A stretch of 64,000 nt of DNA from Auanema rhodensis (taxonomy: Eukaryota; Animalia; Nematoda). Where the stretch lies: assembly GCA_964057225.1 (NCBI GenBank), contig OZ059896.1:9300001-9364000 (forward strand), written 5' to 3'. Shown one piece after another: positions 1 through 12,296 of the stretch. The notes under the pieces are model-generated. The model did not search any database and had not been told where the DNA came from. It was given only the letters and a program-made list of their open reading frames with translations. The translations under genes were made by a program, and so were the position numbers. The first letter of the stretch is position 1; the number at the start of each line of letters is the position of its first letter.

Positions 1-362
1 AACTATGCCTTGAATACAGTTGCGACAACTCATTATTTACTGATGCTGCAAACGCTTTATATGGTCTCATTACTATTGAAAGGGTATTTGAGTTCATTTA
101 TTTCTGGGTCAAACGTTATTTTTAGAATTATTATGATGCTTTCGTGACTAATTTATTATCTCATAAACAAAATGAATCCGCTGCTCATCAGCTCAAAGAA
201 GCTTTTGAGAAACTCCTACCTTCCGATACCGATTTAGCTTCTCGTCGAGCGAAGTAAGTCAGCTCTAGCATCCATAATGATTTGAATTCTTTCAGAATTG
301 AATTCCGTAGACGCATGGAAGTTTTTCTTGGCGAAATTCAGGGATTGCTTGTTACTAACTGA
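1..362 (+). CDS. Exportin-4-like protein, 3' end (partial, last 3 exons)
   Basis: Spliced translation LCLEYSCDNSLFTDAANALYGLITIER/NYYDAFVTNLLSHKQNESAAHQLKEAFEKLLPSDTDLASRRAK/IEFRRRMEVFLGEIQGLLVTN* resembles the XPO4 C-terminus as I recall it; GT-AG introns; TGA at 360-362. Confidence 0.7.
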
Positions 363-1027
363 ACAGAATCCCATTTTTAAAATATTTTCTTCAACATAAT
401 TTAAGAATACGAGTCATATTTTCATTACCTCGATACGGAAAATTGGAATATTGTTCTCTTAGAGCCTCCAGTTGATTTATAATTTTTTAGTATGTTGTTG
501 TTTTGCGGGTTTAACAATTTTCTCATTTGTTACATTTTTGAAATAAACCCTTTGCATGAATTGTTTGTTAAAGTTCAGCATGATAAGAAACTGAAACTTG
601 AGCTCATCGCAGGCAGCTGTTTTTAGAAGCTGTCGAGCAAATGACTTGCTCCGCCTAAGGCAAAATCAATAGCTGGCAGGGGGTTTATAAAAGTCGCTGC
701 TTTATCTTCACATGTTACAAGCTTTTTTGGTCAGTTTTTTGAAATTCTTGAAGACTTCGTATTCAATGTAATGTTAATTTTATTTTAATCAGATTCGAAC
801 TTGAACCCTATTGCTACTGTAACAGTTTTTATTATAAAAAACGTTATTGAGCTTGATGCATTTCTAATGATAGAGCTCCTGCGTAAAATATAATATTCCC
901 AGGACACTCGATTTTCAGTATTTCGTTATTTGCCCGTATCTTCCAATTTTGATATACTATACATTACAAAGCTTATTTTTTGAGTTCACTGAATGTATTT
1001 CAAACCAGTAAACTTTCATAACAGGTA

Positions 1028-1991
1028 ATGACAGACGAGCTCCAAAGACTTACAAAAGATCCACACGAAGCTCAAACTATCACCGTAAGATTTATAAATA
1101 TTCTAATAGCGACAATAAACTTTTGAAGCTCGAGCCAGGTGGCTCAAAACTAGCTGTGCCAACCTATCCCAAAACAGGTGGAAATATAAGAACAAGTACA
1201 TCTATCACAGGATTACACATACGCGATAGATTTCGAGAAAAGCGTGAAAAGTTCCGAAGTAAATCATCTTTTTCCTAAATTATTTGTTGAAAATTCTACA
1301 AATCCATTTTTATATGTCTGAGTCTTCAGAAAATCAATGCTGCGGAATCGTTTTCTTTTTAATTCTCGGGACACTTCTGAATGTATTGGCATATTTATCA
1401 AGCGTATGGGCAGCTCAATTGCAGCAGGAGGTTGTTAGAACAGCAGTTGAAAATGAGCATACCTTCCGATTTAAATTAAAACGAAGTAAGATCGGATATT
1501 TCTCATCACATAATAAAATATATTATTTTTCATTTTGTTGCGATGTAGAATATTTTGATCATGTTCGTGTTTCTTTTCAGCGCTGGCAGAAGCTCCTTCC
1601 AAATATCTTATTGGTTTACTTAATTTTGGAGGTCGTGTACTTAGTGCTCTTGGTATTGTACTACTTGTGCAAGTGAGTTTCACAGCTTCATCATTTTATA
1701 ATATTTTTCTGATTCAGGTAGTTTCTACATATATGAAAAGACGACGCTATAATGTTATTATGAAAAGTGCCGCGGAGGAAGCAGATACACTAATAGGTTA
1801 AATTTTGTGACTTATATGAAATTATATATTATATGAAAATCATACTCTATCATGTAATTTTCTTATAATCATATTTAGGCGATATGCACGGGGGCGTGAC
1901 TGATATGGTAGGAGAATGCTGTTTGACATGTTTTCAGGTGATTTCGAAACCAACATTTTTTTAGTTTCTTTTTATTTAGTCTTTGACGTGA
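1028..1991 (+). CDS. Uncharacterised protein with about two transmembrane segments, 7 exons
   Basis: Canonical splicing gives MTDELQRLTKDPHEAQTIT/LEPGGSKLAV...REKFRK/NQCCGIVFFLILGTLLNVLAYLSSVW...KR/TLAEAPSKYLIGLLNFGGRVLSALGIVLLVQ/VVSTYMKRRRY...TLIG/DMHGG...CCLTCFQ/SLT*. Confidence 0.65.
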
Positions 1992-2372
1992 TTGAAGATG
2001 CGGAGTTAGTAAACTTTGGTCTCATGTACAGCATAAGTGTTTATAACTTATTTTTTATTTTTGATAATCTTGCCATATATTTTTATTGATTATTTCGTAA
2101 CTTAATAGTTGACTCATAGGAAGTATTATTTTTCTCGGTGATTCTCGTGATAATATAACAGATAAGGAGGTATAAATTACGTAATTTTAACTATGCATTC
2201 ATAATGGTTAAGCCAGTAATTTCTTTTTTTCAATAAACCTCTTCAACTTTTCTTCGTATATTTTCTTTTTTAATGTTTGTTTTACAAAACCAGTTTCTTT
2301 TTCTATTGTTGGTAAACTTAAATCAATATTTCACTTAGTTTCGCTGTTTCAATAAAGCTGTAGTCATCAGCG

Positions 2373-4460
2373 ATGTTTCTACTATTGATTACTACGCTGT
2401 TCTGTGTTTGGCTATTCCACCACTTATATTGGAAAAGAAGAAATTATCCACCAGGTGAGATTACATACATTACTTCAACAACAAAACACTATTAAAGGTC
2501 CGATTCCTCTGCCATTTGTTGGGAATTTTTACTATCTTTACTTCTATCGACCAGGACATACTGCCTTCAAAGCTATTCGTGAGAAATATGGTTCTATATA
2601 CACGTTTTGGATAGGTAAATTATTCATAAAGCTATTTCGTAGAGGTTATGTATATAGGTTCACAGCCTGTTGTAATGGTAACAGAATATGAAGACATGAA
2701 GGAAATATTTATAAAAAATAGCGATTGTTTTTCTGATAGAGATGCAGTTGGGGAGTTTTCAAAGTTAATGAGAGGTACTGTAGTTAATGCTTCTATTTCT
2801 TAATTTTTTTATTATTTTTGGTGGTGTATATGGCATAGTCGATACAAATGATGAGATGTGGAGAACTCACCGTCGTTTTGCACTTCATATCTTAAGGGAT
2901 TTGGGTGTGGGAGGACATATTGCTGAAGAGCATATTATAGCTGAAATTCAATCCCTATTTAAAGATCTTGAAAATAAAAGCAGCGTAAATCTGAAGGCTA
3001 GTAACACATATTGGAGGTTCAGAGTGTTTCTTTTTGTTTCAGACACATATTCAAAAAGCTGTTGCTTCTGCTATTAATGTGTTTTTATTCGGTTATCGAT
3101 TCACGGAGGTATTTTGGGATATGCTTTCTTATAAGTCTGCTTTCGTCCTATTTTTTCAGGAAAATCGAGATGAATTAGTTGAATTATTGGGCTATATAGA
3201 AAAACAAAAGCAAGGAAATGCCAATATTCTATCATTTTTAACTGTCAGTTTGCCATGGATTAGACATTTGCCAATCTTCAAAGAAAACTTTGAGCGGTAT
3301 TATATCATTGCTACGAAGTTTATCATTTCTTGTATTAAGAATTATGGACTTCTCGAAAAGTTTTTTTAGACTTTTTGGTAAACAAATTGAAAATCATCAA
3401 AGAGAAGTTTGTGTTTAAACTTAATTTTTAATTTCAAAGACTATTCAGATTGATTATAACAGTGATGAAGTAAAAGATTACGTGGAGGCTTATTTAAAAG
3501 AGCAGAAAAAACGAGAATCCGAAGGAGACACAGAAACTTACAAGTTGAAGAATTTAAAAGTTTTTTTTTATTTGTTTGGTTTTTAGCCATCAACAACTAC
3601 TAAATGTCTGTTTTGATTTGTGGTTAGCTGGTTTTGATACAACATATACAACACTCCAATGGTCTCTCATATATTTATCAAATAACCCCGATGTTCAGGT
3701 ATTCATAATGAACAGTTCACACAGTCAACACATTTTAGAACCGAATGCGTGAAGAGTTAGCTACAGTTCTTGACAAAGATGAATTGGTAACTATGCGACA
3801 TAAGGTAGACTTACCGTATTGCCAAGCTGTCGTCAACGTAGGTTAATTTTTTTAATTCATATCAACCTTTTTAAAAACAGGAATGCCAACGATTCTTGAA
3901 CTTGCTAATTATGAATTTATTGCGAAAATCCAAGAAAGAATTTGTTTACAAAGGAATAACAGTAGGAACTCCGTGTTCAAAATTTTGTTTACTAAAACTC
4001 TTTTTTACAGATTCCAGCTGGCGTTTCGATTACAGCACAGATATGTACAGCTTTATATGATGACAAGGTTTGTTTGATTTGATCAGGTATTTGTGAAACA
4101 GTTTAATTCCAGAGCTTCCCAGATCCATTACAGTTTAAACCCGAACGGTTTATTGACGAAAATGGAAAACTGAAAAAAGTATTCATCAAAAACTTTTCTA
4201 ATATCATATCATAATTTCAGTTTGATGAATTCGTACCCTTTTCACTTGGACGACGACAGTGCTTGGGTGAATCTCTTGCTCGTATGGAACTGTTCCTGTT
4301 TATCGTGAACTTTATTCACAAATATGAAGTAACTAAAGATAATTAAAAAGAAATTTTTTTTCCTTTTCAGCTTTCTGGTAAGGATTTACCAAAGTGCGCA
4401 GAAACAATAGTTGCTCTAATTAACCCGCCAGATGCGGAGTTTACGATAACTAAAGTTTAA
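2373..4460 (+). CDS. Cytochrome P450, CYP33-like (CYP2 clan)
   Basis: N-terminal anchor plus YWKRRNYPPGPIPLPFVGN; C-helix WRTHRRF; I-helix DLWLAGFDTT; K-helix ECQR; FKPERF; heme motif FSLGRRQCLGESLA. One intron (2775-2820) lacks an AG at the expected position. Confidence 0.93.
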
Positions 4461-5299
4461 AGCCGGCAATGCGAGTATGACTAAGTCCTTATATGAATCA
4501 ATACTCATAGTAAAAATTCAAATAATGATCTTTTCATATCTTGATGTTATTATAAGCTTGTATGAATAAAACTTATTTCATGAGCTTTATATAAAAAACG
4601 TTTATCAAATATGATATCATAATCACAAAGGTTCCTGATACATCAAATTTCCTAACCTGTGTATTTGATGGGCTTATAATATTGTTTGCTTAGGCTATTT
4701 ATATAACTAAAGGATTTCATATATATTATCAATCAGTCAAAGAATTTTTTTTCAATTTATGATTTGGACTTTCTAAAAATTTAGTCAAGTTCTAAATATA
4801 TTGTTAAAGTTCCAATTTTTCTAGAATACATGACAATAAGGTTTCTGTTTAAGAAAAGTTGGTTTAAAAATTAAAAAATACAGTTGAAGACTTGAGTCTT
4901 AACTTCATATCACTTTGATCTTATTTCTTTGATAACCTCCTTATTAACTAGCGTGAGTCGTGTTCATATGCACAGATATAAAGCTATTTCTATTAGAGCA
5001 CGTTAAGCCCCCTCTTCTCAATAACACCAATTTCCTAAATCTGAGTAAATGATATGATAACGATGAGCAGGACCTCAGACTAATAACCCAATGAGTAATG
5101 TATTGTCTCAAATGTAATTTGTTTTTATCAAATGAACGAATATAATATTTGATGTATGAAGCTGTTGTTATACCCTGTTTTACAGTCTAATACACCTCGA
5201 GTCGCATTTTGTAGTTGGAATCCATTTTACAGCTCTTCTTCTGTCTTTAATAGTCCAATCAAGATAAGCGAGCATTGCTAACCGCACCCCATCGGTCCA

Positions 5300-6690
5300 A
5301 TGTTTCGTCGGATAGTTATAACACTTATTCTCGGTGAGTTATATTTTTAATCTGAAGATTTGATAACATTTGCTCTGGTCAATGAACACGTAAAACGAAA
5401 ACTGTTTAGAAAATAATGAAATTGTTTTTTAACGCAATTTTTCTCTTTTTTATAAGCATAATAAGCCAGTTCAATAGAATATAATATACTTTCTCGATTG
5501 TTGGCTATCTAACATTTTCAGTTTAAAATTTTTAAAAATTAAAAAATTAATACAACTGTGTTTGACACGGATTGATAAAAAATTTTTAGCGGTTGCTTAT
5601 GCTGCTAGCCAAAATTGCAATCAGCCAAAACTGTTTGACTGCAGTACAAAACTGTCAAACTTCATCAAACTCGAAGCAGATCTATCAACCAGCCTCTTTA
5701 CTGTTTGTAGCTCTATTAATAATTTGAAATAATCGTCCATTTTAAGAACTATTCTATTTTATACGACTATTCTTTGTTGAAATTTGGTTTAAAGAACGGA
5801 AATAGTGATGAAAGTCTGAATTTTTGCAAGTTAGTTTTAAGTAAATTGCATTTATAATGTAAGCAAAGTGTAGTGGCATGGAAAACTTCAACTTATGTAT
5901 GCTGAACAACAAGAAATGCTTGGGACTTCAGTATCTTTCTGAACAAAGTAACCTACAGAATGTATGATTGTGTTTATAACATTTAAGTGTTACAAGTAGA
6001 TATATTAATAATTATGTTCAGGCTTATATGAGCCAAGGAAATCTACACTTCTTCACATTCCATTGTGGACCTGGGCTCAATAGTAAGATTAGATTATTTG
6101 ATTATAATCAATTATATTTTGTTACTTTTTAGCTGTTATCCATGAGGGTCTTGCCTGCTATCAAAGAGTTATGTACAACAATCAAGAATTATTCGCCCAA
6201 TGTGTTAATTCTTATGCTACTTCCGTTACTCATGATAAGCAAAATGGTTGCAAGTAGATATCCTTCGAATCATGCCACAGCTTATATATAAATTCAGATA
6301 CGTAAACGACCTGATAAATTGCTACTCTGTTCCCTTCAAAAAAGCTCCATGTCTACCTGCTGATCAATCTTACCTGTGGTGGGCCTGTGAAGCCAACAAT
6401 AAGTTTACAAAACCTCAATTTGGCCAGTGCAATATTGACTGCAATTGTAAGCTTGCAAGTTTCAATTTCCATTATATCTTCATTTTAAGCCGTATTTCGA
6501 TCTCCATTACTTGCACTTCACATGGAAACTCATTACAAATACGAATTTGGACAACATTGGGCTAAAATCCCCGACCATGTTGATAAAGTATGATACATAT
6601 TCAATAGCATTGAAATTCATATAATTTTAGATTGATGGTGAACTTGTTCAAGTTGAAGGCAAATGGTTTAATCTCAAGTACGGAAATTGA
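5300..6690 (+). CDS. Secreted Cys-rich nematode-type protein (paralogue A)
   Basis: Signal peptide MFRRIVITLILAVAYA; multi-exon ORF containing FHCGPGLN, GCKYVNDLINCY and WWACE; ends KYGN* (TGA 6688-6690). Confidence 0.75.
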
Positions 6691-7191
6691 TATTTTACAT
6701 TGTATATCTAGCAATAAAATTTATATTCTGTTTCTTGGTCAGTCTCATTGTAAAATGATATGATAGTTAACACGTAATAACACGTAATAGCATTTAATAT
6801 ATTTATTTTTTCAAAATTCTAACAGAAATATCGTTAGAGAAATTATACCAACTATTAAAAATGATTAAACACGGCTTTGAATTCAGAAGTTTTTGGCGGC
6901 TTAATTTCCATATTCTTGGCCTATCAATTAGCAGGAGTGGCTGAAAAAAATATTTTGCTTTCAAATTTTATAGATACTTTAAATTTAATTTAATAATTTA
7001 GAATCAATGTTGAGGGTCCTTATCTTATACTGCTTATGTGGTTTATTTCTTTTGAAGATACGGTTCCCTCATCATCCCCTCCCTAATTAAGATCTGCATT
7101 ATAGCTCAGCCTATTGACCTATATAACACTCAAACACCAGCAGGCAGCATTTCTATGATTTCTGTCTAAGCTGGATGTATGACCTGCATAA

Positions 7192-8915
7192 TCAGCTTGC
7201 CTTATAGGAAGCAAACTTGACTATGGAAAGTTGCGAAAAAAAAATTCACTCAGTTAATACTTAAAAACATACTTTGGCATTTTGTTACATGCTGACAGTG
7301 ACGGAATTGAGCATTAGTCCACTCACGCATTGACTGACATCCGTACCATCTGGCTGTCTTCTGAATGTTATTATATGTTATTTGGCCAGATATGAAGAAA
7401 AGAAAGATGTCAAGCAACAGCTGCTCAAACCAAGCTAGGTATTAGGAATGATTGTGTCTGTTTCTACATCTATTCAGCCCAACAAAAAATAAAGACATAT
7501 GAGTCCTCACCTGATCAACGCTGCGGCAAGGACCATTGGCATAAACTTTGCCCATACAATCCATTAATCCCTGAGCGTAACTAAAACATAAGACATTGAT
7601 TAATTTTGATGTCTCAACAAAAAAATATATGAATAAAAAATGATTTACTCACACACAAGCCTTGTTTGGATCGTTATTAGCGCTCTGGCCATATGTTTTG
7701 AAGCAAACTTGTATATCGGCTCCATAGTTAACGTAGGTGCTTTGTGTGCAGTTAGCAAGTGCAGGGTTGAAATTAGCTAAAAAGTACTTTATATCAATTT
7801 CATATTATCAATAAACCATAAAATCCAGCTCCGCATTTGAAACGCCAATCAGCTAAAAATCCTTCATAACTGTATGCATCCTGAAAGCGAGAAATTGTCC
7901 GAATGTTTGAATAGATTTGGCTGTTTTCTTGATCCCTCATAACTTATGTCTATAGCGTCATTTCCCAAATGTTTGTACCAAAGTGTCTTTGTTGTGCAAC
8001 CTATTCGTTGCTTGTGCCTGCCAGTATGACATCATAGAGGTCACTTTGGGGCTAAAATGAAAGAAAGCAGCCCCCCCTCTGGTACAGCTATAGACATAAA
8101 TTCCTCATATTCGCTTTTCGTATGACCTCACTCGCCTACAATTCACGGTTTTTCCCTCAACTTACATATGGTGACAGCCCAGATCCAACAAATCCAAGAG
8201 TTCCTAGACAGTTCCTAATGTTATCCTGTCCCATGCAAGAATAGAAGAGAGAAAAGCCACTGAAACATTATTCCATCACAAATGTATTTATTATATCAAT
8301 TTATATCCTTCGGTTGATATAAATGTTTCTTAGTATTATTATCTCATCCATGACGAATGCTTATGGTTAGTGTCATCATTTTAACATTCGAATTGGAAAG
8401 ATTTTCAATTGTAAAATATTTGAATCGTACGTACTTGCAAATGTTGACGTAGTTATCGATCAGATAAGCTGGTTGAATCAATGAGGTAACTGTGTTGCTG
8501 AGATATTGGAGATTTTTCCAGATCATTGATGTACTATAAAATAATTATTAAAAGAATTGTGTACATGTTACGTATATATAGTATATTTCTCATAAGTGCA
8601 GATACTTAAAAAAAACTAATATTAAACAATATCTAAATTAAGTATATAAGTTTATAAGAATTTACTCTCTGTTCCAGAAATCTCCCAAGGCTTTTGTACA
8701 TGCCCGTTGAGCAGAATCATTGCAGTTATCTGTACCACGCTGGCATAGAACACCTGCCACAAGGCATGCTAAAGTAATTACAAGTTAAAAATAATAATAA
8801 ACATTTTGAGCTGTTGCATCTGATTCACTACTTGTGAAAAGCTTGAGTAATTATAACAAACTAGTTTTAATGAAACAAAACATTAAACTTTACCGGCTAA
8901 AATGGATAGTTTCAT
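7192..8915 (-). CDS. Secreted Cys-rich nematode-type protein (paralogue B)
   Basis: Signal peptide MKLSILAACLVAGVLC; exons contain NICNGFSLFYSC, FKCGAGFY, ACVYAQGLMDCM and WYGCQ, with the same Cys spacing as paralogue A. The last exon (IKFASYKAS*) is less certain. Confidence 0.72.
7941..8102. mobile_element. 162-bp MITE-like non-autonomous DNA transposon in an intron
   Basis: 16-bp terminal inverted repeats AACTTATGTCTATAGC (7941-7956) and GCTATAGACATAAATT (8087-8102), 1 mismatch; 6-bp direct repeat CCTCAT at 7935-7940 and 8103-8108. Confidence 0.75.
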
Positions 8916-9179
8916 GGTTGTATGGCTGATACAAAAGGCCCCACCAATCAAGACTAGATAAGGAAAAGCCATAAAACTACAGGCTTCTCAAACATCTTCA
9001 ATTTCTCAATAATGCAGTAATGAATCGTGAAAGATAGAAGATAAAAAAGTTTATTGTACAAATATTGGGAAGGTAACACGCAAATGCAAAGGGAATTGTA
9101 AGTTCAAATAGCATAATACGAATTTTACAATCAAGTACAAATAAGCTTCCAAGCATCCATATTTAGGTATAAAACAGAG

Positions 9180-10466
9180 TTAAGAACGACTGCGACTGCG
9201 GCTTCTGAGATACAATTATAACTTGGTAAATTTCAGATTCTACATACCTGCTGCGACTTCTATAGTCAGGAGATCGAGATCTTGTTCGACGAGGAGGTGA
9301 TCGACTGCGTGAGCGTGAGGCAGAGCGAGATCTAAAATAAGCAGTTACAAATACTACAACCAAGTATACGCTTATGAATAGAGTGACAATGTGTTGAGTA
9401 CTGTCCATATAGGTACATGAAGTATGATAAATTCTCTCTTTATCGTAGATACCTTGTACCATGCTTTTGAAGAGGTAGAGCTACGAGCCTCGTTTCACAC
9501 AAACCTGACTTAAGACGTTTTAAGTCGAATTAGGTTGTCAGAGGACACCAAGAGAAGAGATGGTGAACATCACGAAGATGACAATTCAGGTCGGAATTCC
9601 AGAAAGTGAAGTTTTGGATGTTTCCAATGAGATGGTGAAAGATGCAGGTCTTTGAAGCAACCACGTAAACGATGAACAGTTGACTACATTATAGGCGAAG
9701 AGAAGGGAAAGAGCGAGAGAGGAACGGGATCCAATTCACAATAGCTAAAAAACTATGTGTTTGAAATTTGATTTCCAAACGTAAAAGAAAACGCACGGGA
9801 CAAAACATGCCAAAAGTTTAGGTACATCTGAAGAGTACGAGAAATACTTGCAATAATCTCTTCACTATTTATGGTGTGCATATCAGGAAAAAAGTAATTA
9901 ACTGGCAAACCTTCCGCGTCGAGATCCACCGCGGTTTCCTCCATATCCTCCACGACCACCTCCGAACCCTCCACGGCCACTATTACGCCGGCGACCATGC
10001 GATAATTCAACACGAGCTCGGATTCCACAAACTCGACTGAAACAATTTTTTTCATTAAAAAAGCTAAAGCTGTTAATATCGTACGCTCCGTCCATAGCTT
10101 TAACTGCATCTTCAGCATCACGATTATCTTCGTATTCAACAAATGCGAAACCAGGTGGGCGACGTGCTACCCAAACCTTTCTTATTCTTCCAAAACGTGA
10201 AAAAGCATCTTCAATCTGAAAAAAGAAAATTACTTCTTGAAAGCTCAATTCTAAATTTGCAAAAAAATCGATAAATAAAATGAATCCTATTTCAGGGTCA
10301 TAGAAACCCAAAAAAATTTTTGAAAAGGGGAATTATAGAAAAATAAAATTATTTCTACAAGAATATTAAAAAAAAAGAAACTTACTTCTTGAGATGTAGC
10401 ATCATGTGGTAAACCACCAACATAAACTTTACAATCGAGATCAGCACCACGTCCACCTTTAGACAT
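9180..10466 (-). CDS. rsp-6: SR splicing factor, SRSF3/SRSF7 (SRp20) orthologue
   Basis: [70 protein letters not shown] is an RRM, followed by an RGG linker and an RS domain ([16 protein letters not shown]...RSRSRS*). Confidence 0.95.
9505..9744 (-). other. Putative poison (PTC) cassette exon of rsp-6
   Basis: TTTTAG acceptor before 9744; donors after 9505 (GTTTGT) or 9453 (GTATCT); in-frame TAG at 9684-9686; lies in an unusually long (~580 nt) intron. Confidence 0.7.
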
Positions 10467-10848
10467 CTAAATAGCACTAGCATATAAAAAATTAATAAGT
10501 CAAATAAAACAAAGCATATATTTAAAAACTAGAAAAATAAACTAAAACACACACATATAGCACCTAACACAAGCATCTATCGAGTGAGAAACAAATGCAA
10601 TGCGTTCGCGTGCTATTATTGATTAAATGCGGCTCTTAGACCTACTAGTGGCAGAGGTCCAAGGTTTCTGCCAAACTGGTAAAATTGAAGAAGATATATT
10701 CAATGAATAATACAATAATTATAGATAGAAATAAACTGAAGAAAAAAATGTATTTATTCAGTTCGTAACATTTAAACTTGTCAATTACATGAGACCAGTA
10801 TCTTATAAATCACAGCTGATTATTCGGTTAATAAGGCATTTGTTCAAT

Positions 10849-12296
10849 TTATTGCGATGCTCCAACATTGCTAAGCTCATTAACACTAAAAGTAAAGCAT
10901 ATTCTGAATAATAATAATATAACTTACGAATGACCAAATTTTATGTGTATTATGAAAAATATAATAGCGAGGACGATGGCTATGCAGCCTACTACCAAAT
11001 ATGCAATACCCAAGAAGTTGTTTTTTCCACCAGCCCAACTGGCAGTTGAAACAATAAACTGTTTACGTCCACCGAAGGCAGTTACAGGATAATCTGATAA
11101 CATTTATTAAAACACGATAAATTTCAAAAAACTCACTATTATTTATTTTTACTTCATAAGTTCCCTTAGGTAATCCATCAGCAAAAGTTCCACCATTTTT
11201 TCTGCATGCATTTATGTGAGATTTGAAGAAAGAATAAGAAAATACCTATCAACCAATCTCCACAATTTTCTAAAATTAGGTAGAGCCGCTGTTCTCATCC
11301 AAACAATAAAATCAACATTTTGAAATCCACCTTCGATTTCACAAACAGGTTTGTTCCAATTAGGAGGTTTTACAGTTCCCTGTGATTATAAATAAGTTTA
11401 CTTATAACTAGATAAAAAAATACCTTGAATGCATCACATAATGTTCCTCCGGCAGGAGTAGGGGGATTTTTGAATTTTTTAGCATAATCTATTTCCCAGA
11501 GAACCTAAAAAACGTTATAACAATTGCTTGAAAGTCAATTCTTACTCCTTCAGTTGTTACTGGTACAATAATATGATTTGGATCAAACAATACAAACGTA
11601 TCTGAAATGGGTTATGTTTTACAATTAGCTACAACATGATTTACCATTAAAAATAGAGTTAGCAATAGCACCACAGGGAGCGATTGGCAAACTAGAATCT
11701 CCTGACGTACCCCGATCGTATGGCTCACAATCGGAAACTTGCTAAAAATAAAAAATTACAGAGAAAACAACTCATAGTTTACATCAAGATTTCCTAGATA
11801 TTGTTTATCATTTCTGCTTTTCACATATCTACGATGGTTTTGGTAAAAGTTTTCAAGATAGTAATAAATATATACATCTCCCTGAAAAAGATAGTTAAAT
11901 TATATTTTGAAGTTATTGTACCTTCATATCTTCTTTTATATCTAGCTTCAAATCACAAGATAATGTGCTACAGTCGGTATAATCCACCTTGTATTCATGA
12001 ACTATAGAAAAGGTGAAACAAATCTTATATATAATATTATACCTGATTCAGATGCTAAGAAAAGAGCAATCCCTATTGGGATAAAAATGATCCCAATACA
12101 AATAACTGTTGGGATAACTGTAGAAGCAGTAAGAATAGGTTGCCATGCAGGTAATTTTTGTTGCCGTAATTTACTGGCTGAATTGAAGGCCAAGAATTAA
12201 AAAAAAGAAGAAAATTAAACCTTTAGGCTTGTTCTTCAAGGGTTTCAATTCCACAGCTTCTCCATTAGTCCCCGTTGGCTCATCTCGAGGAGGCAT
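10849..12296 (-). CDS. chat-1: CDC50/TMEM30 P4-ATPase flippase beta subunit
   Basis: [68 protein letters not shown] and [13 protein letters not shown] motifs. Confidence 0.95.

Noticed and set aside
2985-3052. Possible GC-AG intron in the CYP gene (AAG|GCTAGT)
   Set aside because: A canonical in-phase donor (AGC|GTAAAT) just upstream explains the junction.
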